A DNA stretch of 64,000 bases, from positions 13,027 to 77,026 of the forward strand of contig JBGPCZ010000004.1 in NCBI GenBank assembly GCA_041482015.1, read 5' to 3'. Both the position numbers and the translations under genes were made by a program. This document shows positions 9,370 to 18,092 of the stretch, one piece after another. Below the pieces are notes generated by a model, which did not search any database, was not told where the DNA came from, and saw nothing but the letters and a program-made list of their open reading frames with translations. Origin of the DNA: Planctomycetota bacterium (GTDB taxonomy: Bacteria > Planctomycetota > MHYJ01 > JACPRB01). The first letter of the stretch is position 1. Every line of letters begins with the position of its first letter.

Positions 9370-10980
9370 ATGGACCTCTTCCGGACCTCCTGCCGCGGGG
9401 GCGAGGCCGCCGCCCTCCCCTCGAAGACGCAGATCGCGCTCGCCCGAGCCCTCCGCGAGCTCGCGCACTGGGACCGAGCGTACCCCGCCTCCGCGATCTC
9501 CCACCAGGGCGCGTGGATCGTCGCGGGACGGACCGGCCGCGACCGGGGCCTCGCCGTGGGCTTCCCCGCCGGGAAGCGCCCGCGCTGGGCGGCCGCGCTC
9601 CGCGGATTCGAGCGCGCCGAGGGCGACGTCACGATCCTCCTCTGCGACGGAAGCCACGAGACGCTCGTCGCGCTCCGCCAGGCGCTCCCGTTCCTCCAGC
9701 CCCGCCCGACCGGGACCGGCCCATCCTTTGGATTCGGCGACCGCACCGGCCTCGCCACGCCGGGCCATCTCCTCGCGCTCGAGGGAAGCGGCTTCTTCCC
9801 CAACCTCGCCCAGCAGTCGATCCGCGAGATGGGCCGGACCCAGCGGACGCCCCAGGACGTGCTCGACGCGGCCGTCTTCGGCGCGCTCCAGTCGGGACGC
9901 CTCGACGGCTTCGGCGCCGACGCCGACCATTTGAAGACGCTCGACGACGTCGACCGCTGCGCCGAGGCGGGCTTCGTCATGTTCACGCTCGACGCCATCG
10001 AGAAGGTCCAGGACCAGGCCCCCAAGATGAGCGACGCCGTGCTCGAGACCGAGTACCGCAAGGTGATCGACGAGGTCCCGGGCGCGAAGTCGTGGGAGAA
10101 GAAGTACCTCGGGAAATCCTTCACCTTCGAGAAGGTGGTGAAGGTCACCTTCGAAGGCCGCGCGTGGCGCGAGGGCGTCGTCAAATACGGCCGCGGCATC
10201 CCCTACTGGCTCGAGATGGAGAAGCGCGCGCGCCAGAAGACGAAGGGCCGCGCCCTCGAGATCGAGATCGCCGTCGACGAGACCGGCGCCGTCACCACGG
10301 CCGCCGAGCATCTCTTCATCGTCCGCGAGCTCCAGGAGCGCGGCATGACGTTCCAGGGCCTCGCGCCCCGGTTCGTCGGCGAGTTCGAGAAGGGGGTCGA
10401 CTACAAGGGCGAGCGGAAAGTCCTCGAGGACTCGGTCGTCGAGCACGCCGTCCTCGCCCGCGCCCACGGCGGCTACAAGATCTCGGTCCACTCCGGGAGC
10501 GACAAGTTCTCCGTCTACCCGATGATCGCGAAAGCGACCGCCGGAAAGTTCCATTTGAAGACCGCCGGCACGAGCTGGATGGAGGCGGTGCGCGTCATCG
10601 TTCGCAAGGAGCCCGGCCTCTTCCGCGACATGTGCGACCACGTTCGCGGCCAGTACGAGAAGGACCGCGCGAGCTACCACATCTCGGGCGATCCCGGGAC
10701 AGTCCCGCCGCCGCGGACGCTGAAGGACTCCGACCTCGAGCGGATCTACGTCGTCGAGGACGACGGCCGGCAGATCATGCACGTGACGTACGGCTCGGCG
10801 TTCACGGCGAAGGACGCCTCGGGCCGCTGGCTCTTCCGCGACCGGATCTTCGACCTGCTCGCGCGCGAGGAGGACCTTTACACGGAGTGCCTCGCGAAGC
10901 ACCTGGGCCGGCACGTCAAGGGGCTGAAGGCGGGCCTCGCGAAGAAGAAGCGCCGCGCGACGGCCGGGGCGCGCCGATGA
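9370..10980 (+). CDS. Tagaturonate/fructuronate epimerase (UxaE)-like family protein
   Basis: SFGFGDRTGLATPGH and FGADADHLK motifs recalled from the UxaE family. Start taken at ATG 9370; the upstream part of the listed ORF is Arg/Gly-rich. Stop overlaps the next start (ATGA). Confidence 0.55.
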   Translation: MDLFRTSCRGGEAAALPSKTQIALARALRELAHWDRAYPASAISHQGAWIVAGRTGRDRGLAVGFPAGKRPRWAAALRGFERAEGDVTILLCDGSHETLVALRQALPFLQPRPTGTGPSFGFGDRTGLATPGHLLALEGSGFFPNLAQQSIREMGRTQRTPQDVLDAAVFGALQSGRLDGFGADADHLKTLDDVDRCAEAGFVMFTLDAIEKVQDQAPKMSDAVLETEYRKVIDEVPGAKSWEKKYLGKSFTFEKVVKVTFEGRAWREGVVKYGRGIPYWLEMEKRARQKTKGRALEIEIAVDETGAVTTAAEHLFIVRELQERGMTFQGLAPRFVGEFEKGVDYKGERKVLEDSVVEHAVLARAHGGYKISVHSGSDKFSVYPMIAKATAGKFHLKTAGTSWMEAVRVIVRKEPGLFRDMCDHVRGQYEKDRASYHISGDPGTVPPPRTLKDSDLERIYVVEDDGRQIMHVTYGSAFTAKDASGRWLFRDRIFDLLAREEDLYTECLAKHLGRHVKGLKAGLAKKKRRATAGARR

Positions 10981-11984
10981 AAGCGATCCGGCTCGAGAAG
11001 CCCGGCCACTACGCCCGGGTCGAGATCGAGGAGCCGAAGAAGCCCGCGGCGGGCGAGGCGCTCGTCCGCGTCCTGACTGTCGGGATCTGCGGCACCGACG
11101 TCTCCGGGTTCCTCGGAAAGATGCCCTTCTACACCTACCCGCGCATCCCGGGCCACGAGCTCGGGGTGGAAGTGCTCGAGGTCGGGCCGGGCGTGACGAA
11201 CGCGAAACCCGGCGAGCGCTGCGCGGTCGAGCCCTATTTGAACTGCGAGACCTGCCGTGCCTGCCGCGCAGGCCGCGGGAATTGCTGTGAGACTCTGAAA
11301 GTGTTGGGCGTCATGACCGACGGGGGGCTCCGCCCGCGCTTCGTCCTCCCGGCGCGTAAACTCCACCCGGCGGGGACGCTTCCCCCCGACACGCTCCCGC
11401 TCGTCGAAACGCTCGGGATCGGGTACCACGCCGTGGAGCGCGGCGCTCCCCAGAGGGGCGAGGAAATCCTGGTCGTCGGCGCCGGCCCGATCGGCCTCGC
11501 CGCCATGCAGTTCGCCAAGATCCGCGGCGCGCGGCTGACCGTCCTCGACGTCAACCCGCGCCGCCTCGAGTTCGCGAGGCAGGAGATGGCCGTCGACCAG
11601 ACGGTCGTCGCCGACGGCACCGAGAAGCAGAAGCTCGACGGCGCGTTCCCGCTCGTGATCGACGCGACGGGCCACGCCGGTTCGATGAGCCAGGCGATCC
11701 ACTTCGTCGCGCCGACCGGCCGCCTCGTCTTCGTCGGGATCACCAGCGACAACGTCAGCTTCCCCGACCCGCTCTTCCACCGGCGCGAGATCACCATCTT
11801 CGCCTCGCGGAATTCGCTCCCGCCCGACTTCGACGCGATCATCCGGCTGATCCAGGAGGGAAAGGTCAACATCAAGCCCTGGATCACGCACCGCACGACT
11901 TTCGAGCAGTACATCGCGGACTTCCCGGAGGCGACCAAGCCCGAAAGCGGCATGATCAAGCTGATGGTGGAGGTCGCCCAGTGA
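10977..11984 (+). CDS. Zinc-dependent alcohol/polyol dehydrogenase (MDR family)
   Basis: GICGTD, GHE, structural-zinc Cys cluster CETCRACRAGRGNCC, and GAGPIGL Rossmann motif. ATG at 10977 overlaps the previous stop. Confidence 0.85.
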   Translation: MKAIRLEKPGHYARVEIEEPKKPAAGEALVRVLTVGICGTDVSGFLGKMPFYTYPRIPGHELGVEVLEVGPGVTNAKPGERCAVEPYLNCETCRACRAGRGNCCETLKVLGVMTDGGLRPRFVLPARKLHPAGTLPPDTLPLVETLGIGYHAVERGAPQRGEEILVVGAGPIGLAAMQFAKIRGARLTVLDVNPRRLEFARQEMAVDQTVVADGTEKQKLDGAFPLVIDATGHAGSMSQAIHFVAPTGRLVFVGITSDNVSFPDPLFHRREITIFASRNSLPPDFDAIIRLIQEGKVNIKPWITHRTTFEQYIADFPEATKPESGMIKLMVEVAQ

Positions 11985-12796
11985 ACCCGACCGCCCTGAC
12001 CGTGAGCCTCGTGCCCCAGGCCAGGGGTGGACCGTTCATCCTCTGGGATCCGCTGCCGGAGTCCTGCCGGAAAGCGAAGGCCCTCGGGTACGACGCGATC
12101 GAAATCTTCCCGCCGGGCGCGGACGTCGACGCGGCGCTGATCGAGAAGTGCCTGGAGGAGAGCGGCCTCAAGGTCGCCGCCATGGGGACCGGCGCGGGCT
12201 GGGTCTTGAAAAAGCTCACGCTGACCAGCCCCGACGCGGGCGTCCGTCGCGAGGCGCGCGAGTTCACGAAGGCGGTCATCGAACTCGCCGGCCGCTTTGG
12301 CGCGCCCGCGATCCTCGGCTCGATGCAGGGACGCTGGGGGGCGGACGTCGACAAGACGACCGCGGTCAACCACCTGCGATCCGCGCTCGAGGAGTTCGGC
12401 GAGCACGCGAAGAAGCAGGGCGTCACCTTCCTCCTCGAGCCGCTCAACCGCTACGAAGGCAACGTGGTCAACACGATCGAGGACGCGGTCGCGATCGTCC
12501 GCTCGCTCGCGACCCGGAACGTGACGATCCTGGCCGACCTCTTCCATATGAACATCGAAGAGACGAGCATCCCCGGGGCGCTCCGCGCGGGCGGCCCGCT
12601 CATCACCCACGTCCAGCTCGCCGATTCCAACCGCCGCCCCGCGGGCCACGGCCACACCGATTTCCGCGAGGTCGCGTCGGTCCTCCAGTCGATCGGGTAC
12701 AACGGATATCTCTCGGCCGAGGCGCTCCCGTGGCCCAATCCCGACGACGCGGCGCGCCTGGCGATGGAAGGCATCCGGAGGTTCTTCACATGCTGA
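11981..12796 (+). CDS. Sugar phosphate isomerase/epimerase (xylose isomerase-like TIM barrel)
   Basis: GYDAIEIF, LEPLNRYE and HVQLADSNR motifs. GTG start overlaps the previous stop (GTGA). Confidence 0.75.
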   Translation: MNPTALTVSLVPQARGGPFILWDPLPESCRKAKALGYDAIEIFPPGADVDAALIEKCLEESGLKVAAMGTGAGWVLKKLTLTSPDAGVRREAREFTKAVIELAGRFGAPAILGSMQGRWGADVDKTTAVNHLRSALEEFGEHAKKQGVTFLLEPLNRYEGNVVNTIEDAVAIVRSLATRNVTILADLFHMNIEETSIPGALRAGGPLITHVQLADSNRRPAGHGHTDFREVASVLQSIGYNGYLSAEALPWPNPDDAARLAMEGIRRFFTC

Positions 12797-13236
12797 AGCA
12801 CGGTCTCATCCATCCGACGATCAACGAGATCCTCGGCCGCGCGGGCCACCACGGCAAGGTCCTGATCGCGGACGGCAACTACCCGGCGTCGTCGACGCTC
12901 GGGCCGAACGCCCAGCTCGTCGCCCTCAACCTCTCGCCGGGCGTCGTGACCTGCACGCAGGTGCTGGAAGCGCTCGTCACCGCGATCCCGATCGAGGCGG
13001 CAAACACGATGATGTACGAAAAGACGGGCCCCTACGGGCTCAAGGCCGACCCGCCCGTCTGGGCGCAGTACCGGTCGGTCTTCAAGAAGGCGAAGCTCCC
13101 GCTCAAGCTCCAGCCGATCGAGAAGTGGGAGTTCTACAAGGCGGTCGCGACGCCCGACCACGTCCTGACCATCCTGACGGCGGACCAGCAACGATTCGCG
13201 AATCTGCTTCTGACGATCGGAGTGAGGATGTCATGA
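12790..13236 (+). CDS. RbsD/FucU family mutarotase (L-fucose mutarotase / D-ribose pyranase)
   Basis: MLKHGLIHPTINEILGRAGHHGKVLIADGNYP is the family N-terminal signature. Start overlaps the upstream gene by 7 nt. Confidence 0.8.
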   Translation: MLKHGLIHPTINEILGRAGHHGKVLIADGNYPASSTLGPNAQLVALNLSPGVVTCTQVLEALVTAIPIEAANTMMYEKTGPYGLKADPPVWAQYRSVFKKAKLPLKLQPIEKWEFYKAVATPDHVLTILTADQQRFANLLLTIGVRMS

Positions 13237-14207
13237 AGACTCGTACGCTGGGAAAGACGGGGCTTCAGCTGCCGATCCTGTCGTTCGGCGCCTCCTCGCT
13301 CGGCGCAGAGTTCCGCGGGATCGACATCCAGGAGGCGATGAAGGCGGTCCGCGTCGCGCTCGACTGCGGGATGAACTTCATCGACACGTCGCCCTTCTAC
13401 GGGCGCGGCATGTCGGAGGTGCTGCTCGGCGTCGCGCTCCAGGACGTCCCGCGCGAGAAGTACCTCCTGTGCTCCAAGCTCGGGCGCTACGACGCCGCCC
13501 ACTTCGACTTCTCCGCGAAGCGGGTCGTCGAGAGCGTCGACGTCTCGCTCAAAAGGATGCGCGTCGATCACCTGGACATCTGCCTCTGCCACGACCTCGA
13601 GTTCGTCGACATGAGCCAGATCGTGGAGGAGACGCTCCCCGCGCTCCGGAAGATCCAGCAGCAGGGGAAGGTCCGGTTCGTCGGCGTCTCGGGCTACCCC
13701 ATGAAGATGTTCCGCTACGTCCTCGAGCGCGCGCCGATCGACGTCCTCCTCTCGTACAACCACTACACGCTCCAGAACACGATGCTCGAGGGGCTGATCC
13801 CGCTCGCGAAGTCCAAGGGGACGGGCGTGATGAACGCGGCCCCCTTCTCGGCGCGGCTGCTGTCGAACGCGCCGCTCCCCGCGTGGCACAAGGCGACCCC
13901 CGAGGTTCGCGAGACGGCGCGGATGGCGGCCGGGCACGCGGCGAAGCGAGGGAGCGACCTCGCCAAGCTCGCTGTCCAGTTCTCGATCCGGAACCCCGAG
14001 ATCGCGACCTGCATTGCGGGTTCGGCCAGCCCCGAGCGCGTCGCGCAGTGGGCGAGGTGGGTCGAGGAGCCGGTCGACGAACCTCTGATGAAGGAAGTCC
14101 AGGCGATCCTCGCGCCGATCCACAACTGGTTCTATGTCGAGGGGCGGCCGGAGAATAATGACGACCCCAACGATCGACGCTCACCAGCACTTCTGGCAGC
14201 GCGGTAG
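13233..14207 (+). CDS. Aldo/keto reductase (aldose 1-dehydrogenase-like, candidate L-fucose dehydrogenase)
   Basis: LGKTGLQLPILSFGASSLG, FIDTSPFYGRG and HDLEF AKR motifs. ATGA overlap with the upstream gene. Confidence 0.8.
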   Translation: MKTRTLGKTGLQLPILSFGASSLGAEFRGIDIQEAMKAVRVALDCGMNFIDTSPFYGRGMSEVLLGVALQDVPREKYLLCSKLGRYDAAHFDFSAKRVVESVDVSLKRMRVDHLDICLCHDLEFVDMSQIVEETLPALRKIQQQGKVRFVGVSGYPMKMFRYVLERAPIDVLLSYNHYTLQNTMLEGLIPLAKSKGTGVMNAAPFSARLLSNAPLPAWHKATPEVRETARMAAGHAAKRGSDLAKLAVQFSIRNPEIATCIAGSASPERVAQWARWVEEPVDEPLMKEVQAILAPIHNWFYVEGRPENNDDPNDRRSPALLAAR

Positions 14208-15003
14208 GTTCAAGGACGGCTGGCTCGACCGGCCGGAACATCGGCCGATCTCCGGCAGCTTCCTGCCCGCGGACCTCGCGCCGCTCCTCCGGAAGACCGG
14301 AGTCCAGAAGACCGTGTTCGTCCAGACCCAGCACGACGTCGAGGAAAACCGCTGGGTGCTCGGGCTGGCGAAGCAGCACGATTGGATCGCGGGCGTCGTC
14401 GGCTGGGTTGACCTGGCCAGCCCGCGCTGCGAGGAGCAGCTCCTCGAGTTCAAAGGGCAGCCGAAGTTCGTCGGCGTCCGCCACATCACGCAGGACGAGC
14501 CCGACGACGACTTCACCGTCCGGCCGGCGGTGCTCGCGGGGCTCAGGGTCCTCGAGAAGCGCGGCGTCCCCTTTGACCTGCTGTTCTACGTCAGGCACCT
14601 GAAGCACGCGGCGACGCTGGCCGCGAAGTTCCCGAACCTGAAGATGGTGATCGATCACCTCGCGAAGCCGCGGATCAAGGATCACTCGATGGACGTCTGG
14701 AAGGATGCGTTTGTCGCGGCGTCGAAATTCCCGAACGTCTTCTGCAAGCTCTCCGGCATGGTGACCGAGGCCGACTGGAAGGCGTGGACCGTCGCGGACC
14801 TCAAGCCCTACGTCCAGCTCGCGCTCGAACGTTTCGGCCCCGACCGCCTGATGTTCGGCAGCGACTGGCCGGTCTGCGTGCTCGCGGCCCCTTATGAGCA
14901 CGTCTTCGCGGCGCTCCACGAGGCCCTCGGCCCGGTCAGCGACACCGAACGCGAGAAAATCTTCGGCGGGACAGCATCGCGGTTCTACGGCCTTCAAATG
15001 TGA
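14158..15003 (+). CDS. Amidohydrolase_2 family lactonase (L-fucono-1,5-lactonase-like)
   Basis: IDAHQHFW N-terminal metal motif, DHLAKP, and FGSDWPV near the C-terminus. Start at ATG 14158 after GGAG. Overlaps the AKR 3' end by 50 nt. Confidence 0.75.
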   Translation: MTTPTIDAHQHFWQRGRFKDGWLDRPEHRPISGSFLPADLAPLLRKTGVQKTVFVQTQHDVEENRWVLGLAKQHDWIAGVVGWVDLASPRCEEQLLEFKGQPKFVGVRHITQDEPDDDFTVRPAVLAGLRVLEKRGVPFDLLFYVRHLKHAATLAAKFPNLKMVIDHLAKPRIKDHSMDVWKDAFVAASKFPNVFCKLSGMVTEADWKAWTVADLKPYVQLALERFGPDRLMFGSDWPVCVLAAPYEHVFAALHEALGPVSDTEREKIFGGTASRFYGLQM

Positions 15004-15046
15004 ACCAAGTGTTAAGTGACGAATCCGATCTGTAACTTAACAGTTG
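15004..15046. repeat. AT-rich palindromic element, copy 1
   Basis: CCAAGTGTTAAGTGAC-GAATCCGATCT-GTAACTTAACAGTTG directly after the TGA at 15001. 38 of 45 nt identical, in the same register, to 23201..23245. Confidence 0.7.
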
Positions 15047-15064
15047 AGGTAGAATCCGGGGACT

Positions 15065-16126
15065 ATGAAGCCATTTAGAGTCGTCGTCGCGGGGCTGGTC
15101 CATGACCACGCGTGGGGGCTCCTTCCCCAGTTCGCCAAGGTCCCCGGGGTCGAGATCGTGGGCGGCGCGGATCCGAACCCGCCCCTGCTCGAGAAGCTCA
15201 AGAAGGAGTTGGGCGTCACCGCCCTCTTTGAGCGGCCCCGCGACCTCTTCGCGCGCGTGAAAGCCGACGCCGTCCTCGTCTGCGCTTCGAACTCGGGAAG
15301 CGTCCCGATCGCCGAAGCCGCCGCCGCGCGCGGGCTTCACGTGCTGGTGGAGAAGCCGATGGCCGCGACCGCGGAGGGCGCACGGCGAATGCTCCGAGCC
15401 TCAAAGAAGCACGGCACGCGCCTCATGGTCAACTGGCCGATCGCGTGGAACCCCGCGATCGTCCGCGCGATGGAGCTCGTCGAGAGCGGCGACATCGGCC
15501 AGGTCTTCCACGCGCGAATCCACATGGCGCACCAGGGGCCGAAGGAGGCCGGCTGCTCCCCCTACTTCTGGAAGTGGCTCTACGATCCGAAACAGAACGG
15601 GGCGGGCGCGATCGTCGACTACGCCTGCTACGGCGCGGCCGTCATGGCCGCCCTCTGGGGACGGCCCCGCGAGGTCGTCGGCGTCGCGCGCACGCTCGTC
15701 AAGCCGCGCTTCCCGGTCGACGACAACGCGATGATCGTCGCCCTTTGGCCGGAACGAACGGTGCTGTCGCAGGCGTCGTGGACCCAGAACCCCGACTTCC
15801 ACGAGGCGCTCTTCCTCGGCGTGAAGGGCACGCTCGAGACCGCCCGCGGAAAGCTGATCCGCACCCACACGCGCGCCGAGGACTTCTCCCATTGGGGCGC
15901 GAACCGGATGAATCCAGAGGACGTCCCGCTCCCCGCGCTCCCCGCCGGGCGGCGGAATGGACCCGAGCATTTCGTCCACTCGATCCGCTCGGGCCGCCCG
16001 TTCACGAAGCTCTGCCGCGCCGAGACCGGGCTCCTCGCGCAAGAGATCCTCTCCGCCGGGATCCGGTCGGAGCGCTCGGGGCGGCGGATCACTCTCGGGA
16101 GCGGCCGGAGTCCCGGCACTTCTTGA
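15065..16126 (+). CDS. Gfo/Idh/MocA family oxidoreductase
   Basis: N-terminal Rossmann VVVAGLVHDHAW and the EKPMA motif (HVLVEKPMAAT). 3' end overlaps the convergent sulfatase by 38 nt. Confidence 0.8.
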   Translation: MKPFRVVVAGLVHDHAWGLLPQFAKVPGVEIVGGADPNPPLLEKLKKELGVTALFERPRDLFARVKADAVLVCASNSGSVPIAEAAAARGLHVLVEKPMAATAEGARRMLRASKKHGTRLMVNWPIAWNPAIVRAMELVESGDIGQVFHARIHMAHQGPKEAGCSPYFWKWLYDPKQNGAGAIVDYACYGAAVMAALWGRPREVVGVARTLVKPRFPVDDNAMIVALWPERTVLSQASWTQNPDFHEALFLGVKGTLETARGKLIRTHTRAEDFSHWGANRMNPEDVPLPALPAGRRNGPEHFVHSIRSGRPFTKLCRAETGLLAQEILSAGIRSERSGRRITLGSGRSPGTS

Positions 16127-17516
16127 GAAGCGCCGCGAGGCGCTGGACGACGTCGGGCTTCTCGGCGTAGAGATTCTTCGTCTCGCCCGGGTCGTCCACA
16201 AGATTGTAGAGCTGGCCCGCGGGATCGCCCGGCGCGACCTTCACGTTCGTGAACCCGCCGCTCCCCTGCCCCTCGACCAGCTTCCACGGACCCTCGCGGA
16301 TGGCGAACATCCCCGCCGAGGAATGGTGGATCGTGTACGGCCGCGCAAACATCCTTTCTCCTTTGAAGAGAGGTCCGAGATCGAAGCTGTCCTCGCCCGA
16401 GTCGGCCGGCATCTTCGCTCCCGCCGCCGACGCGCACGTCGCGAAGAGATCGGCGAGGCACGCCGTCGCGTCGCACGTCGAGCCCGGCGCCACGCGGCCC
16501 GGCCAGCGGACGGCGAACGGGACGCGGTGACCGCCCTCGTGGATATCCGCCTTCTGGCCGCGCCACGGTCCGTTCGACCGGTGGCCCCACTTCTCGATGT
16601 CGGAGACCGGCCAGTGCGAGCCGTTGTCGCTCGTCAGGACGACCAGCGTCTCCTTCGCAAGCCCCGCGCGCTCCAGGGCCCCGAGCACGCGGCCGACCAG
16701 GACGTCGACCTGCACGACGAAGTCCCCGTACGCGCCCGCCTTTGATTTCCCGCCGTGCTCGTCGACCGGCAGCCACGGCGTATGCGGCCCCGTCAGCGCG
16801 AGGTAGAGAAAGAACGGAGCCGCGCGATCCTTTCCCTGGCGCTCGAGGTACGCGACGGCTTCGCGCTCGATCCGCGGGAGGACGTCGAGGTGCTTGAAGC
16901 CCGGGGCGATCGGCCCCGCGCGCCAGAAGCCGCTCCCGCCTTCGCGCTGGTGCTTCCCCGCCTCGACGCGATCCGTCGGCTGGACCTCGACCGCGCGGTC
17001 CTTCACCCAGACGTAGGGCTCCATGTCGAGCGAGGCCGGGATGCCGGAGAATTCGTCGAAGCCCGCGGAGATCGGCCCGGGGTCGAGCGGCTTTGCGTAG
17101 TCCGTCTTCGCCGCGCTCCCCAGTCCCAGGTGCCACTTCCCGATCCCGGCCGTGCGGTAGCCGCGCTGCTTGAGGACCGACGGGATCGTCGGCCGGCCGT
17201 CCTCGAAGAGGTACGGGCTGTAGCCCTGGAGGACGCCCTTCTTTAGCTTCCCGCGCCACGCGTAGCGGCCCGCGAGGAGCGCGTAGCGCGTGGGCGTGCA
17301 GACCGACGAGGGCGTGTGGACGTCGGCGAACCGCATGCCCTCCGCCGCGAAGGCGTCCATCGCGGGCGTGGGGATCTTCGAGTCGCGGTTGTAGGCGCCG
17401 GGATCGCCGATGCCCAGATCGTCGGCCAGGATGACGAGGATGTTGGGAAGGTCGCGGCGCGGCCCCGGCGCGCCCCCCAGGAGCACCGCCGCGACGATCG
17501 CCAGGGTTGCCCTCAT
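16089..17516 (-). CDS. Arylsulfatase (formylglycine-dependent sulfatase family), secreted
   Basis: NILVILADDLG and the C-x-P-x-R sulfatase signature SSVCTPTRYALLAGR. Signal peptide MRATLAIVAAVLLGG. Start at 17516 preceded by GGGAGGA. Confidence 0.85.
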   Translation of the reverse strand: MRATLAIVAAVLLGGAPGPRRDLPNILVILADDLGIGDPGAYNRDSKIPTPAMDAFAAEGMRFADVHTPSSVCTPTRYALLAGRYAWRGKLKKGVLQGYSPYLFEDGRPTIPSVLKQRGYRTAGIGKWHLGLGSAAKTDYAKPLDPGPISAGFDEFSGIPASLDMEPYVWVKDRAVEVQPTDRVEAGKHQREGGSGFWRAGPIAPGFKHLDVLPRIEREAVAYLERQGKDRAAPFFLYLALTGPHTPWLPVDEHGGKSKAGAYGDFVVQVDVLVGRVLGALERAGLAKETLVVLTSDNGSHWPVSDIEKWGHRSNGPWRGQKADIHEGGHRVPFAVRWPGRVAPGSTCDATACLADLFATCASAAGAKMPADSGEDSFDLGPLFKGERMFARPYTIHHSSAGMFAIREGPWKLVEGQGSGGFTNVKVAPGDPAGQLYNLVDDPGETKNLYAEKPDVVQRLAALLKKCRDSGRSRE

Positions 17517-17647
17517 GATCGTTCCTCCCATCCTTGAACGGGCCGCCGGCCGGGGAGGTTTCGGTCCGCAATTTGACACTCCGGGCCGCGTTGGATTGTT
17601 GAATTCCTGTAGGAATTGGGTTGGGGGTTTTCTTGCTGGAGGATGGA

Positions 17648-18025
17648 ATGAAGAAGGCATGGATTGCGCTCGTGTCGGTGATCGTGGTGGGCTCGATCGG
17701 CCTGGCGGCGGTGACCGCCCGGAGGGTCGACGCGCTCAATGACAAGTGCCCGGTCAGCGGCAAGGCCATCGACAAGTCGAAGACCAGCGAGGTCAAGGTC
17801 GCCTTCTGCTGCAACAACTGCAAGGGCAAGTTCGACAAGGATCCGTCGGCGTGCCTGGGCAAGGTCGACAAGCTGCCGAACGAGAAGTGCCCGGTGAGCG
17901 GCAAGGCCCTGGGCGACGCCTCCTCGACGGTGACCGTGGCGTTCTGCTGCGGCGACTGCAAGGAGAAGTTCGACAAGAAGCCGACCGAGTACCTCGGCAA
18001 GGTGAAGGCGGCGGAGAAGAAGTAA
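17648..18025 (+). CDS. Membrane-anchored protein with two tandem YHS/TRASH-like metal-binding repeats
   Basis: Internal repeat N[DE]KCPVSGKA...V[AT]FCC..CK.KFDK.P...LGKV occurs twice, resembling the YHS domain (DPVCGM...YFCS..C...F). N-terminal TM helix. GGAGGA before ATG 17648. Confidence 0.6.
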   Translation: MKKAWIALVSVIVVGSIGLAAVTARRVDALNDKCPVSGKAIDKSKTSEVKVAFCCNNCKGKFDKDPSACLGKVDKLPNEKCPVSGKALGDASSTVTVAFCCGDCKEKFDKKPTEYLGKVKAAEKK

Positions 18026-18045
18026 CCCCCTGGATTCGAACGAAA

Positions 18046-18080
18046 GCCCCCTCCGGTTCCCCGGAGGGGGCTTTTCTTTT
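18046..18080 (+). terminator. Rho-independent terminator
   Basis: Perfect 11-bp GC stem GCCCCCTCCGG-TTCC-CCGGAGGGGGC followed by TTTTCTTTT, 20 nt after the stop at 18025. Confidence 0.85.
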
Positions 18081-18092
18081 CAACTCTTCTCA

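Noticed and set aside
18031-18045. GGATTCGAAC, reverse complement of a tRNA T-loop-like GTTCGAATCC
   Set aside because: The flanking bases cannot form a T-stem or acceptor stem. The sequence is simply the spacer before the terminator hairpin.
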